Below are positions 8,672 to 15,981 of a stretch of 37,557 nucleotides of DNA, piece after piece. A program made the position numbers and the translations under genes. Position 1 is the stretch's first letter. Every line of letters begins with the position of its first letter. The notes below the pieces were generated by a model. The model saw only the letters and a list, made by a program, of their open reading frames with translations. It was not told the DNA's origin and searched no databases. Origin of the DNA: Planctomycetaceae bacterium (GTDB lineage: Bacteria; Planctomycetota; Planctomycetia; Planctomycetales; Planctomycetaceae); NCBI GenBank assembly GCA_035686985.1, contig DASRYX010000402.1, positions 1-37,557 on the forward strand. The letters run 5' to 3'.

Positions 8672-8745
8672 GGCAGTTGGCAGTGAGCAATTGGCAGTAG
8701 GAAAGATATTTCTCTTCCACTGCCCACTGCCCACTGCCCACTGCC
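8672..8745. repeat. Heptamer-array inverted repeat (long imperfect hairpin) between flgB and flgC
   Basis: Right arm is 4 perfect tandem copies of CCACTGC (8717-8744). Left arm is GGCAGTT GGCAGTG AGCAATT GGCAGTA GG (8672-8701), a degenerate reverse complement matching about 24 of 29 positions. Loop is about 16 nt and AT-rich. Confidence 0.85.
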
Positions 8746-8758
8746 GAAGGAGCCTTCC

Positions 8759-9169
8759 ATGTTTCGCACACTCGACGTCAGTGCCAGTGGCTTGGCGGCG
8801 CAACGGGTTCGCATTGATACGATCGCCGGCAATATCGCTCACTCGCACACGACGCAAGATGAGCAGGGCAACCCGTCGCCGTTTCAGCGACGGCTGGTCG
8901 TGCTCGAAGCACAGACCGATCAAGTGTCGGCAGCACGCGGTGTCGGCGTGACGGCGAAGGTCGAAGTCGATACGCAGACGCCGCCGCGGAAAGTCCTTGA
9001 TCCGGGCCATCCGCACGCCGACGCCGACGGATATGTCAGCTACCCGAATGTGAATGCGATCACCGAGTTTGTGAACGCGATGGAAGCCTCGCGAGCCTAC
9101 GAGGCCAACATCTCCACGATGCAGGTCACGCGTGACATGATTGAGAACACGTTCCGGCTGCTCGGCTAA
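8759..9169 (+). CDS. flgC: Flagellar basal-body rod protein FlgC
   Basis: AAGGAG lies 6 nt upstream of the ATG. MFRTLDVSASGLAAQRVRIDTIAGNIAH...YPNVNAITEFVNAMEASRAYEANISTMQVTRDMIENTFRLL is a canonical FlgC N- and C-terminal signature. Confidence 0.95.
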   Translation: MFRTLDVSASGLAAQRVRIDTIAGNIAHSHTTQDEQGNPSPFQRRLVVLEAQTDQVSAARGVGVTAKVEVDTQTPPRKVLDPGHPHADADGYVSYPNVNAITEFVNAMEASRAYEANISTMQVTRDMIENTFRLLG

Positions 9170-9198
9170 TTCCGTCTGATAACGCGTGAGGTCACGAC

Positions 9199-9501
9199 AT
9201 GATCAGCCCGTTGTCCTTCAATCCGGCTCTCGGCGGCGTGGCCAGCCCGGCGAGTCCGTCGATCGCGGCCACCGGTGCTCCGGGCAACTTTCAGGAACTG
9301 TTGCTCCAAGCCCTCGAAACCACGAAAGACCTGAACGCTGAGTCGCAGGCCAACGTCCAGCAAAGCCTCCTCGGCGACGAGTTGTCGATGGTGGAAACCT
9401 TTACCGCGATGCGCGAAGCCGACCTGGCTTTGAAGCTGACGATGCAGATTCGAAACAAACTCGTCGACGCCTACAACGAAATTCAGCAGATGCGGTTCTG
9501 A
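9199..9501 (+). CDS. fliE: Flagellar hook-basal body complex protein FliE
   Basis: 100 aa. The C-terminal half (VETFTAMREADLALKLTMQIRNKLVDAYNEIQQMRF) matches the FliE family. Position between flgC and fliF is typical. Confidence 0.9.
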   Translation: MISPLSFNPALGGVASPASPSIAATGAPGNFQELLLQALETTKDLNAESQANVQQSLLGDELSMVETFTAMREADLALKLTMQIRNKLVDAYNEIQQMRF

Positions 9502-9507
9502 TCCCTT

Positions 9508-9574
9508 GTAGGGTGGGCTGTGCCCACCAATGTTTTGATCACCGATTGAAGATGGTGGGCACAGCCCACCCTAC
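9508..9574. repeat. REPIN-like inverted repeat doublet, copy 2 (variant GTGGGC/GCCCAC), between fliE and fliF
   Basis: GTAGGGTGGGCTGTGCCCACC (9508-9528), 25-nt spacer, GGTGGGCACAGCCCACCCTAC (9554-9574), a perfect reverse complement. Right arm ends 14 nt before the fliF ATG. Confidence 0.9.
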
Positions 9575-9588
9575 GAAGAATCGCCGAC

Positions 9589-11184
9589 ATGGACGTTCTG
9601 CAGCGCATCACCCGGCAATTCATGGAGCTCTATCGGAGCATGGCGCCCAGCCAGCGCGCGACGCTGGTCGTTGTGCCGCTGATGGTGCTCGTCGGCTTCG
9701 GATGGTTGCTGCTCCAGCCCAAAAGCGATGGGCTTACCGCGCTGTCGTGGGGCAAGGTCTACACGACCGAGGAACTCATCGCCGCCGAGCAGGCGTTTCT
9801 GCAGGAAGGCCTGAAGGACTTCCGCCGCGAAGGTCAGCGGATCATGGTCCCGGCCGCGGACGTCGACAAGTACAACGCCGCGCTGTTGAAGTTCGATGCC
9901 ATGCCGGCCGATCTCGGCGGTCAACTGCTCAAGCAGTATGAAACGATGGGGCCGTTCAGCACGGAGAAAGAACGGCAGGAACGCAAGGAAGCGATGCTGC
10001 TGCAGGAAGTCCGCCGGGTCATCCGCGCGGTTCCGGAAATCCAGGATGCCCGTGTGGCGATCGCCTCTTCCGGTCGGCGCGGGTTCGGACCGAAAAGTAA
10101 GACGACGGCGAATGTGACGGTCACGCCGCGCAATCGCCGTGAACTCTCTCCGCGACTGGTGAGTTCGATCCAGGCCGCCGTGTCGAGCATGGTGCCCGAT
10201 CTCAAACCGTCGGATGTCACGGTCTTCGATGTCGTCAACGGCGTGAGTTACAAAGGTGACGCGGCCGATGAGCCGTTCGACAGCAAGCTGATCAGCCGCA
10301 CCCGGGAATTCGAGAGCAACTATCAACAGCAGATTCAGCGCGATCTGTCGTACATTCCTGATGTGGGCGTGACGGTCCACGTGGATGTCGACAAGGTGAA
10401 GTCGGAGTTCGTCCGCAGCCAGGTCATTGACCCGAAGAAAACCGCGGCGCTGTTCTCGCAAGAAATGAAGATCAAGGACACGATGCAGCAGCAGCCATCG
10501 CGCGGTGAACCCGGTCAAGTGGCAAACCGGCCCGGCAGTGTCGGCGGCGCTCCCGGCATGGAGCGGAATCGGCAGTTCGCCGATGAAAGCTCGCAGGCCC
10601 TCAACGGCGTGTCCTTTGAAACGTCGGAAAAGGAACTGATTGCCGCGATGCCCAAGGCGGTGCAGGTCAGCGTTGGGATTCCCCGCGACTATTACCGGAG
10701 TGTCGCCGCTCAGCGGAAAGCCGCCGGGGAAACCGAACAGGCGAAACTCGATCCCGCGAAGATCGAGGAAACCGTTCTCGCGAACGTGAAGAAATCGGTG
10801 AAGGCGCTGATCCCCGCCGATTCACCCGCAACCGCGGTCGAGGTCACCTCGGTGGATCATGTGTCCAACATACTGCCCGATGTGAAGCCGAGTGTTGTTG
10901 AATCGCTGAACGTCTGGACGAAGGACTGGGGCGGCACGGTGATGATGGGTGTGATGGCGATCATCGCGCTGATGATGGTCCGGCGATCGATGCCCGCGTT
11001 GCCGGCGGATACCCCCCCGGCGTTTGCTCCGCAAGCCAGCGTGGCGGCAGCGGCGAGCGATGAGTCGAAAGAAGTGGAAGCCCCGCGCGAAGTCACGCAG
11101 CGCGACATGCTGCAGGGACTGGTCCGCGATAACCCCGAAGCCACCGCCGCGATTATCAGCCGCTGGTTACAAGCCGCTAAATGA
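9589..11184 (+). CDS. fliF: Flagellar M-ring (MS-ring) protein FliF
   Basis: 531 aa with an N-terminal TM (LVVVPLMVLVGFGWLLL), a periplasmic ring-building region, a second TM near the C-terminus (GGTVMMGVMAIIALMMV) and a cytoplasmic tail ending ...NPEATAAIISRWL (FliG-binding type). Confidence 0.95.
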   Translation: MDVLQRITRQFMELYRSMAPSQRATLVVVPLMVLVGFGWLLLQPKSDGLTALSWGKVYTTEELIAAEQAFLQEGLKDFRREGQRIMVPAADVDKYNAALLKFDAMPADLGGQLLKQYETMGPFSTEKERQERKEAMLLQEVRRVIRAVPEIQDARVAIASSGRRGFGPKSKTTANVTVTPRNRRELSPRLVSSIQAAVSSMVPDLKPSDVTVFDVVNGVSYKGDAADEPFDSKLISRTREFESNYQQQIQRDLSYIPDVGVTVHVDVDKVKSEFVRSQVIDPKKTAALFSQEMKIKDTMQQQPSRGEPGQVANRPGSVGGAPGMERNRQFADESSQALNGVSFETSEKELIAAMPKAVQVSVGIPRDYYRSVAAQRKAAGETEQAKLDPAKIEETVLANVKKSVKALIPADSPATAVEVTSVDHVSNILPDVKPSVVESLNVWTKDWGGTVMMGVMAIIALMMVRRSMPALPADTPPAFAPQASVAAAASDESKEVEAPREVTQRDMLQGLVRDNPEATAAIISRWLQAAK

Positions 11185-11191
11185 CCAATTT

Positions 11192-11247
11192 GTAGGGTCC
11201 GCTGTGCGGACCATGTGAAGCAAGCCGGCCCGCACAGCGGACCCTAC
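11192..11247. repeat. REPIN-like inverted repeat doublet, copy 3, between fliF and fliG
   Basis: GTAGGGTCCGCTGTGCGGACC (11192-11212), 14-nt spacer, GGCCCGCACAGCGGACCCTAC (11227-11247) with 1 mismatch, the same A/G asymmetry as copy 1. Ends 17 nt before the fliG ATG. Confidence 0.9.
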
Positions 11248-11264
11248 GAGAAGAGCTGTTCCCG

Positions 11265-12260
11265 ATGGATGCCGTTCGGAAAGCTGCGATTCTGCTGTTG
11301 AGCCTCGACAAGCCGCTGGCGGCCGAGGTGCTCAGTCAACTGCCGCGCGAGCAGGTCGAGAAGATCACGCTCGAAATCGCCAAGGTTGATGACGTCACCA
11401 AGGATCAGCAGCAGAGTGTGCTCGACGAGTTCGACGGGAATTTCAAAGAGCTCGTCCCGATCGAGCGCGGCGGGTTGAACTTTGCCAACGAGTTGCTGGA
11501 GCAGTCGCTCGGTAAAGACAACGCCGGGCAGATTCTCGAAAACGTCAAGCAGTCGATGAACTCGGTTCCGTTCGCCTTCCTGCACAAGGCCGGCGCGGAC
11601 AACCTGCTGACGTTCATCTCGGAAGAGCATCCGCAGACGATCGCGCTCATCATGTCGCACCTGCCAGCATCACTCGCCGCGGAAATGCTGAGCGGTCTGG
11701 CGTCCAACAAGCAGCTCGACGTCATCAAGCGCGTCGCCAACATGGAACAGACCAGCCCGGAGGTGATCGCCGATGTCGAACGCAGCCTGCAGGCCCGCAT
11801 GACGAGCACCTTCAGCCAGTCGATGGAAAAGCGCGGCGGCGTCCCGATGGTGGCCCAGATTCTCAACGTCACCGACCGCATGACGAACAAAGGCATTCTG
11901 GAAAGCCTCGAACAGCAGGACGCCGAACTCGCCGATGAGATTCGCCGCCTGATGTTCGTCTTCGACGACCTGTTGAAACTCGACGACAAGGCGATTCGTG
12001 CTTTGCTCAAGGAAGTCGAAAACAACCAGTGGGCGATCGCGCTCAAAGGCGCGTCGGACGAAATTCGCCAGAAAATCTTCGCGAATCTCTCGCAGCGGGC
12101 GGCGGAAACGCTCAAGGAAGAAATGGAGTTCCTCGGCCCGGTGCGTCTCACCGATGTCGAAGGCATCCAGCAGCAGATCGTGGACATCGTCCGGCGACTG
12201 GAAGATGCGGGTGAAATCGCCGTCGCGGGCGGCGGCGGTGGCGACCAGTTCATCTCCTAG
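11265..12260 (+). CDS. fliG: Flagellar motor switch protein FliG
   Basis: 331 aa. Motifs: AAILLLSL...AAEVL, EEHPQTIALIMSHL, MFVFDDL, and the C-terminal charged helix region (SQRAAETLKEEMEFLGPVRLTDVEGIQQQIV). Confidence 0.95.
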   Translation: MDAVRKAAILLLSLDKPLAAEVLSQLPREQVEKITLEIAKVDDVTKDQQQSVLDEFDGNFKELVPIERGGLNFANELLEQSLGKDNAGQILENVKQSMNSVPFAFLHKAGADNLLTFISEEHPQTIALIMSHLPASLAAEMLSGLASNKQLDVIKRVANMEQTSPEVIADVERSLQARMTSTFSQSMEKRGGVPMVAQILNVTDRMTNKGILESLEQQDAELADEIRRLMFVFDDLLKLDDKAIRALLKEVENNQWAIALKGASDEIRQKIFANLSQRAAETLKEEMEFLGPVRLTDVEGIQQQIVDIVRRLEDAGEIAVAGGGGGDQFIS

Positions 12261-12291
12261 TTTTATTCCTAATTGCTGACTGCTGTGATCC

Positions 12292-12999
12292 ATGTCGCTT
12301 GATTCTCCTCGCCTGCTGAAAGCGCATTCCAACCGGCAACCCGGACCGGCGGCGGCGTTTAATTTCGAGGACCTGCGGGCGCAAGCCCTCGCCCAAGTCA
12401 CCGCGGCGCAACAGACCGCACAGGAGACGATTGAAAGCGCCAGGAAGGAAGCCGAGTTGATTCGACAGAAGGCGCATGCGGAAGCCCGCGAAGCCGGTCG
12501 AAAAGAAGGGCTCAGCAACGCGGCCACTTTGATCGAACAGCAGGCGAAGCAGCTCACCGAGCAGCGCTTTGCCGAACAGATGAAGTCGACATTGCCCGTG
12601 CTGACGAAAGTCGCAGCGGCGTTGCAGCAGGAACGTGATGAATGGCTCGTCCGCTGGGAACAGGCGGCGATCGAGCTGGGAGTCGCCATCGCCGCCAAGC
12701 TGGTGCGGACGAATCTGGTCGCGCGACCGGAACTAGCTACCGGGATGATCTCCGAGGCGCTGAAACTCGCCGCAGGGCAACCGCAACTACGAGTCCATCT
12801 GAATCCCACGGACCTGACGCGGTTCGGCGACAAAGCCCAGCAGATCGTGGAAAGCTTATCCGCCTGCGCGTCGCCGGAACTGATTCCAGACCCGTCGTTG
12901 CCGGTGGGGGATTGTCGTCTGGAAACCCGGCACGGCGAGATTGACGCCCGTCTCGATGCCATGCTGCATCGCATTGCCGAAGAACTGTTAGCTGCCTGA
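12292..12999 (+). CDS. fliH: Flagellar assembly protein FliH (FliH/SctL family)
   Basis: 235 aa. Coiled-coil N-half (AQETIESARKEAELIRQKAHAEAREAGRKEG) and a C-terminal FliH-type domain (VHLNPTDL..., GDCRLETRHGEIDARLDAMLHRIAEEL). Immediately follows fliG. Confidence 0.75.
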   Translation: MSLDSPRLLKAHSNRQPGPAAAFNFEDLRAQALAQVTAAQQTAQETIESARKEAELIRQKAHAEAREAGRKEGLSNAATLIEQQAKQLTEQRFAEQMKSTLPVLTKVAAALQQERDEWLVRWEQAAIELGVAIAAKLVRTNLVARPELATGMISEALKLAAGQPQLRVHLNPTDLTRFGDKAQQIVESLSACASPELIPDPSLPVGDCRLETRHGEIDARLDAMLHRIAEELLAA

Positions 13000-13012
13000 C
13001 CCTGTCGTTCCG

Positions 13013-13444
13013 GTGAACGAGATGCCTCCAACCACATCCTTGTCTACAACGCCTACCGCAGACGATCGCACGGCACGGCGAGCGCCGTGGCGGCAACGCC
13101 TCGTCGAGGCCGAACGCGGCATCTCCTGGGGATTGCGCGGCGACAGCACACTGTATGTGTATCTCTTCGTCGATTGCCTCACGATCGCCATCGGTGCCGT
13201 GCTGCGACTGTCGACGTGGCAATGGATCATCGTCGGGCTGGTCGTGACGATGGTGCTCGTGGCAGAGTTGCTGTGTCAGGCGCTGCGCGTGCTCACTACT
13301 GAACTGCAGCGGATCGTGCCCGAATGCCGGTTGACGCCGGTGCTGCACCTCGCCACGGCCGCGGTCACGGCGGCATTGCTCGGTGGATCGGTCGTCGTCG
13401 CCGCGATCTTCTGGCAACGCATTCGCGACCTGTACGGTTTGTGA
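13013..13444 (+). CDS. Small 3-TM membrane protein, DgkA (prokaryotic diacylglycerol kinase)-like but with a degenerate catalytic motif
   Basis: GTG 13013 or ATG 13022. By-eye similarity to DgkA topology: GISWGLRG matches GYSWKGLR of E. coli DgkA, and helix 2 reads VAELLCQALRVL versus VEILNSAIEAVV. Confidence 0.35.
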   Translation: MNEMPPTTSLSTTPTADDRTARRAPWRQRLVEAERGISWGLRGDSTLYVYLFVDCLTIAIGAVLRLSTWQWIIVGLVVTMVLVAELLCQALRVLTTELQRIVPECRLTPVLHLATAAVTAALLGGSVVVAAIFWQRIRDLYGL

Positions 13445-13461
13445 AGCTTGCTTTAATGGAT

Positions 13462-13519
13462 GTAGGGTCCGCTGTGCGGACCAGGACCAAGAAGAGTTGG
13501 TCCGCACAGCGGACCCTAC
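13462..13519. repeat. REPIN-like inverted repeat doublet, copy 4, in a convergent gene gap
   Basis: GTAGGGTCCGCTGTGCGGACC (13462-13482), 16-nt spacer, GGTCCGCACAGCGGACCCTAC (13499-13519), a perfect reverse complement. Lies between the stop of the 13013-13444 gene and the stop of uup (13534); likely serves as a bidirectional terminator-like hairpin. Confidence 0.9.
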
Positions 13520-13533
13520 GTTAATCTGAATGC

Positions 13534-15426
13534 TCACTCCGCGCGGGATTCGAGTTCTTCCCAACGCGCATAGGCTGCGGTGAGAGACTCTTCCAGCCGG
13601 GCCAGCGCTGCATTCACTGCCGTAATCGCGGCAGTGTCCTGCTGGTAGAACGAGGGTTGACCCATCTGCGCGTGCAGGTCGGCCTGCTCGGTTTCCCACG
13701 CCTCGATCTTTCGCGGCAGCTCTTCCAGTTCCCGCTGTTCTTTGAAGTTCAGGCGGCTTCGAGTCGGTGTGGCGACCGGGCGCGTTTCTCCCGCCGATTT
13801 CGCCTTCGCGGCCGCTTCGGCTTGAACGGATGCCGTCTTCTGCAACAGCCAGTCGTCATAGCCACCGGCGTACTCCTTCACGCCATTGTCACCTTCGAAG
13901 ACCAGCGAACTGGTGATCACGTTATTGAGGAACGTCCGATCGTGACTTACCAGCAGCACCGTACCGGGATAGTCGACGACCAGGCTTTCGAGCAGTTCCA
14001 GCGTCTCGGTGTCGAGGTCGTTGGTCGGTTCGTCCAGCACGAGAACATTTGAAGGCTTCGAGAACAGCCGCGCAAGTAGTAACCGGTTTCGCTCCCCCCC
14101 GGACAGGAACCGCACCAGTGTCTTGGACCGTTCCGGCGTGAACAGGAAGTCTTCGAGATAGCCGATGATGTGCCGGCGTTTGCCGTTGATCAGCAGCATG
14201 TCCTGCCCGTGAGCGACGTTCTCAATCACGGTTTCTTCATCATCGAGCTGTGCCCGCAGCTGATCGAAGTAACCGATCTCCAGATTCGTGCCGTGTCGGA
14301 TGGTTCCGGCGGTGGGTGTCAGTTCGCCGAGCAGTAATCGCAACAGCGTGGTTTTGCCGCAGCCGTTCGGGCCGATGATGCCGATCTTGTCGCCGCGGAA
14401 AATCGTCGTGCTGAAGTTCTCGAGAATGGTCCGCCCGGCGATCGCATAGTTCAGGTTGGCGGCTTGAATGACCTTCACGCCACCGCGGTCGGCGTCTTCA
14501 TGCAATTCCACCTGCGCGGAACCAACCCGCTTGCGTCGTGCCTGATATTGCGACCGCAACTCTTTCAGCGCCCGTACGCGGCCTTCATTCCGAGTTCGCC
14601 GCGCCTTGATGCCCGTGCGGATCCATGCTTCCTCGCGGGCCAGCTTCTTGTCAAACAACTCCTGCTGGCGTTCTTCCGCGGCGAGGGCTTCCTCCTTGCG
14701 GATAAGGAAGGTCGCGTAATCGCAGGTCCAGTCGTACAGCTTGCCGCAATCAAGTTCGACGATCCGCGTCGCCAGCTTTTGCAGAAAGGTCCGGTCGTGC
14801 GTGATGAAGATGAACGTGCCTTCGAATCGCTGCAGAAAGTCTTCGAGCCAGTTGATGGCTTCAATATCGAGATGGTTTGTCGGTTCATCCAGCAGCAGGA
14901 TGTCGGGATCGAGGACCAGCGCCTGCGCCAGCAGCACCCGGCGTTTCATCCCCGACGACAGATTCTCGAAGCGCTGCCACGGATCGAGCTGCATCCGCGC
15001 GAGCGTCTGTTCGATCCGCTGTTCCCACTGCCATGCTCGATCGGAGTCGACCGTCGCGGCGAGTGTTTCCAGCTGGTGCCGTTCCTCGACCGTCAATTCC
15101 TCCGCGTGGTGATGCAAACGGAAACTCGCTTCGAGCGCCGGGCCGTGGTCCTCAAACGCCGCCGCGACCATCCCGAAGATCGTGCCCCGCGCATCGACCG
15201 GGACGTCTTGCCGCTGCCGGGTGATACGGATCCCGTTCGCCGTCTCAATCGTTCCGTGGTCGGGCGCGAGTTCGCCGAGCATCAACCGCATCAGGGTCGA
15301 TTTACCGGTCCCGTTGCGGCCGAGCAGGCCGATCCGCTCGCCGCGCTCGACCTGCAGATCGGCGTGTTCCACCAGCGGCGGTTGACCGAATCCAAAACTG
15401 ACATCCCGAAAACTCAGCACCGCCAT
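13534..15426 (-). CDS. uup: ABC-F family ATPase Uup (two ABC cassettes plus a C-terminal coiled-coil domain)
   Basis: 630 aa. Two Walker A sites (GRNGTGKST, GPNGCGKTT) and two signature/Walker B sets (LSSGMKRRVLLAQAL...LLLDEPTNHLD; LSGGERNRLLLARLF...LVLDEPTNDLD). Inter-domain linker WIRTGIKARRTRNEGRVRALKELR closely resembles E. coli Uup as I recall it. Confidence 0.9.
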   Translation of the reverse strand: MAVLSFRDVSFGFGQPPLVEHADLQVERGERIGLLGRNGTGKSTLMRLMLGELAPDHGTIETANGIRITRQRQDVPVDARGTIFGMVAAAFEDHGPALEASFRLHHHAEELTVEERHQLETLAATVDSDRAWQWEQRIEQTLARMQLDPWQRFENLSSGMKRRVLLAQALVLDPDILLLDEPTNHLDIEAINWLEDFLQRFEGTFIFITHDRTFLQKLATRIVELDCGKLYDWTCDYATFLIRKEEALAAEERQQELFDKKLAREEAWIRTGIKARRTRNEGRVRALKELRSQYQARRKRVGSAQVELHEDADRGGVKVIQAANLNYAIAGRTILENFSTTIFRGDKIGIIGPNGCGKTTLLRLLLGELTPTAGTIRHGTNLEIGYFDQLRAQLDDEETVIENVAHGQDMLLINGKRRHIIGYLEDFLFTPERSKTLVRFLSGGERNRLLLARLFSKPSNVLVLDEPTNDLDTETLELLESLVVDYPGTVLLVSHDRTFLNNVITSSLVFEGDNGVKEYAGGYDDWLLQKTASVQAEAAAKAKSAGETRPVATPTRSRLNFKEQRELEELPRKIEAWETEQADLHAQMGQPSFYQQDTAAITAVNAALARLEESLTAAYARWEELESRAE

Positions 15427-15495
15427 CCCGGTTCCATTCCTTTGCGAAGATCGCTTTTCCTATGGGTAACGTACCCGGAGCAGGCGGTGCGTCGC

Positions 15496-15509
15496 AATCC
15501 GCGCGGATT
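15496..15509. promoter_or_regulatory. 14-bp perfect palindrome AATCCGCGCGGATT in the divergent uup / WXG-like intergenic region (candidate operator)
   Basis: Perfect dyad at 15496-15509. Related half-sites are GATCCGCG (about 15525) and GAATCCG (about 15552, inside the promoter spacer). Confidence 0.3.
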
Positions 15510-15535
15510 TCGATGAAAATCAACGATCCGCGTTT

Positions 15536-15565
15536 TTGACGGCAGCTGGTGGAATCCGTTAGATT
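15536..15565 (+). promoter_or_regulatory. Candidate sigma70-type promoter for the 15613-27228 gene string
   Basis: TTGACG (15536-15541), a 17-nt spacer, then TTAGAT (15559-15564), or an 18-nt spacer and TAGATT (15560-15565). Lies about 45 nt upstream of the ATG at 15613, which has a strong GAGGAGG Shine-Dalgarno. Confidence 0.4.
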
Positions 15566-15612
15566 AAAGAGTGTGGCGGCGGGGGCACGTCGATTACCCG
15601 AGAGGAGGCCGC

Positions 15613-15885
15613 ATGTCGCAGGCGATTGTCGATCCGGAGGATCTCCGCCGATTTGCCGGAATGTTACGCGATTTCAATGGCGATCTGCAGTCCAAGCTGA
15701 CGGTCCTTGCCGGACAGCTCAATGCGCTCAGTCAGACCTGGCGCGATCAGGAACACCAGAAGTTCTCCGAAGAATTCACGCAGCATCTCCGCATGGCGGC
15801 CCGGTTCGTCGAAGCGAATGAAGAGCACATTCCGTATCTCCTGAGAAAAGCGGAACGGATCGAAGAATACCTGCAGCAGCACTGA
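15613..15885 (+). CDS. WXG100/ESAT-6-like small helical-hairpin protein (W-R-D turn variant), 90 aa
   Basis: ATG 15613 follows GAGGAGG. MSQAIVDPEDLRRFAGMLRDFNGDLQSKLTVLAGQLNALSQTWRDQEHQKFSEEF... About 90 aa, two predicted helices, central Trp turn followed by xxxF. No signal peptide. Confidence 0.5.
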   Translation: MSQAIVDPEDLRRFAGMLRDFNGDLQSKLTVLAGQLNALSQTWRDQEHQKFSEEFTQHLRMAARFVEANEEHIPYLLRKAERIEEYLQQH

Positions 15886-15981
15886 TCGATTTGATTCCAA
15901 CGCGTTGTTGATACGTCCAGACCTCTCCCGTTTGATATCCATTGCCGACTGCGCGATTCGCGACGTGGGACATTGTCCGCC

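Noticed and set aside
8672-8745. Possibility that the heptamer array or the REPIN copies represent a CRISPR array.
   Set aside because: The repeats are inverted pairs at scattered loci, not direct repeats with regular unique spacers. Units are 7 nt or 21 nt, and no cas genes are present.
9513-9941. 142-aa ORF starting inside the fliE-fliF repeat (MGCAHQCF...MVGTAHPTK...). Similar repeat-derived ORFs occur at 13324-13524 (...GSAVRTRTKKSWSAQRTLR) and 11024-11218 (...VGSAVRTM).
   Set aside because: The peptides are simply translations of the REPIN arms (VGTAHPT, SAVRT, SAQRTL), and the ORFs then run out of frame over fliF, uup or fliF. They are annotation artefacts, not genes.
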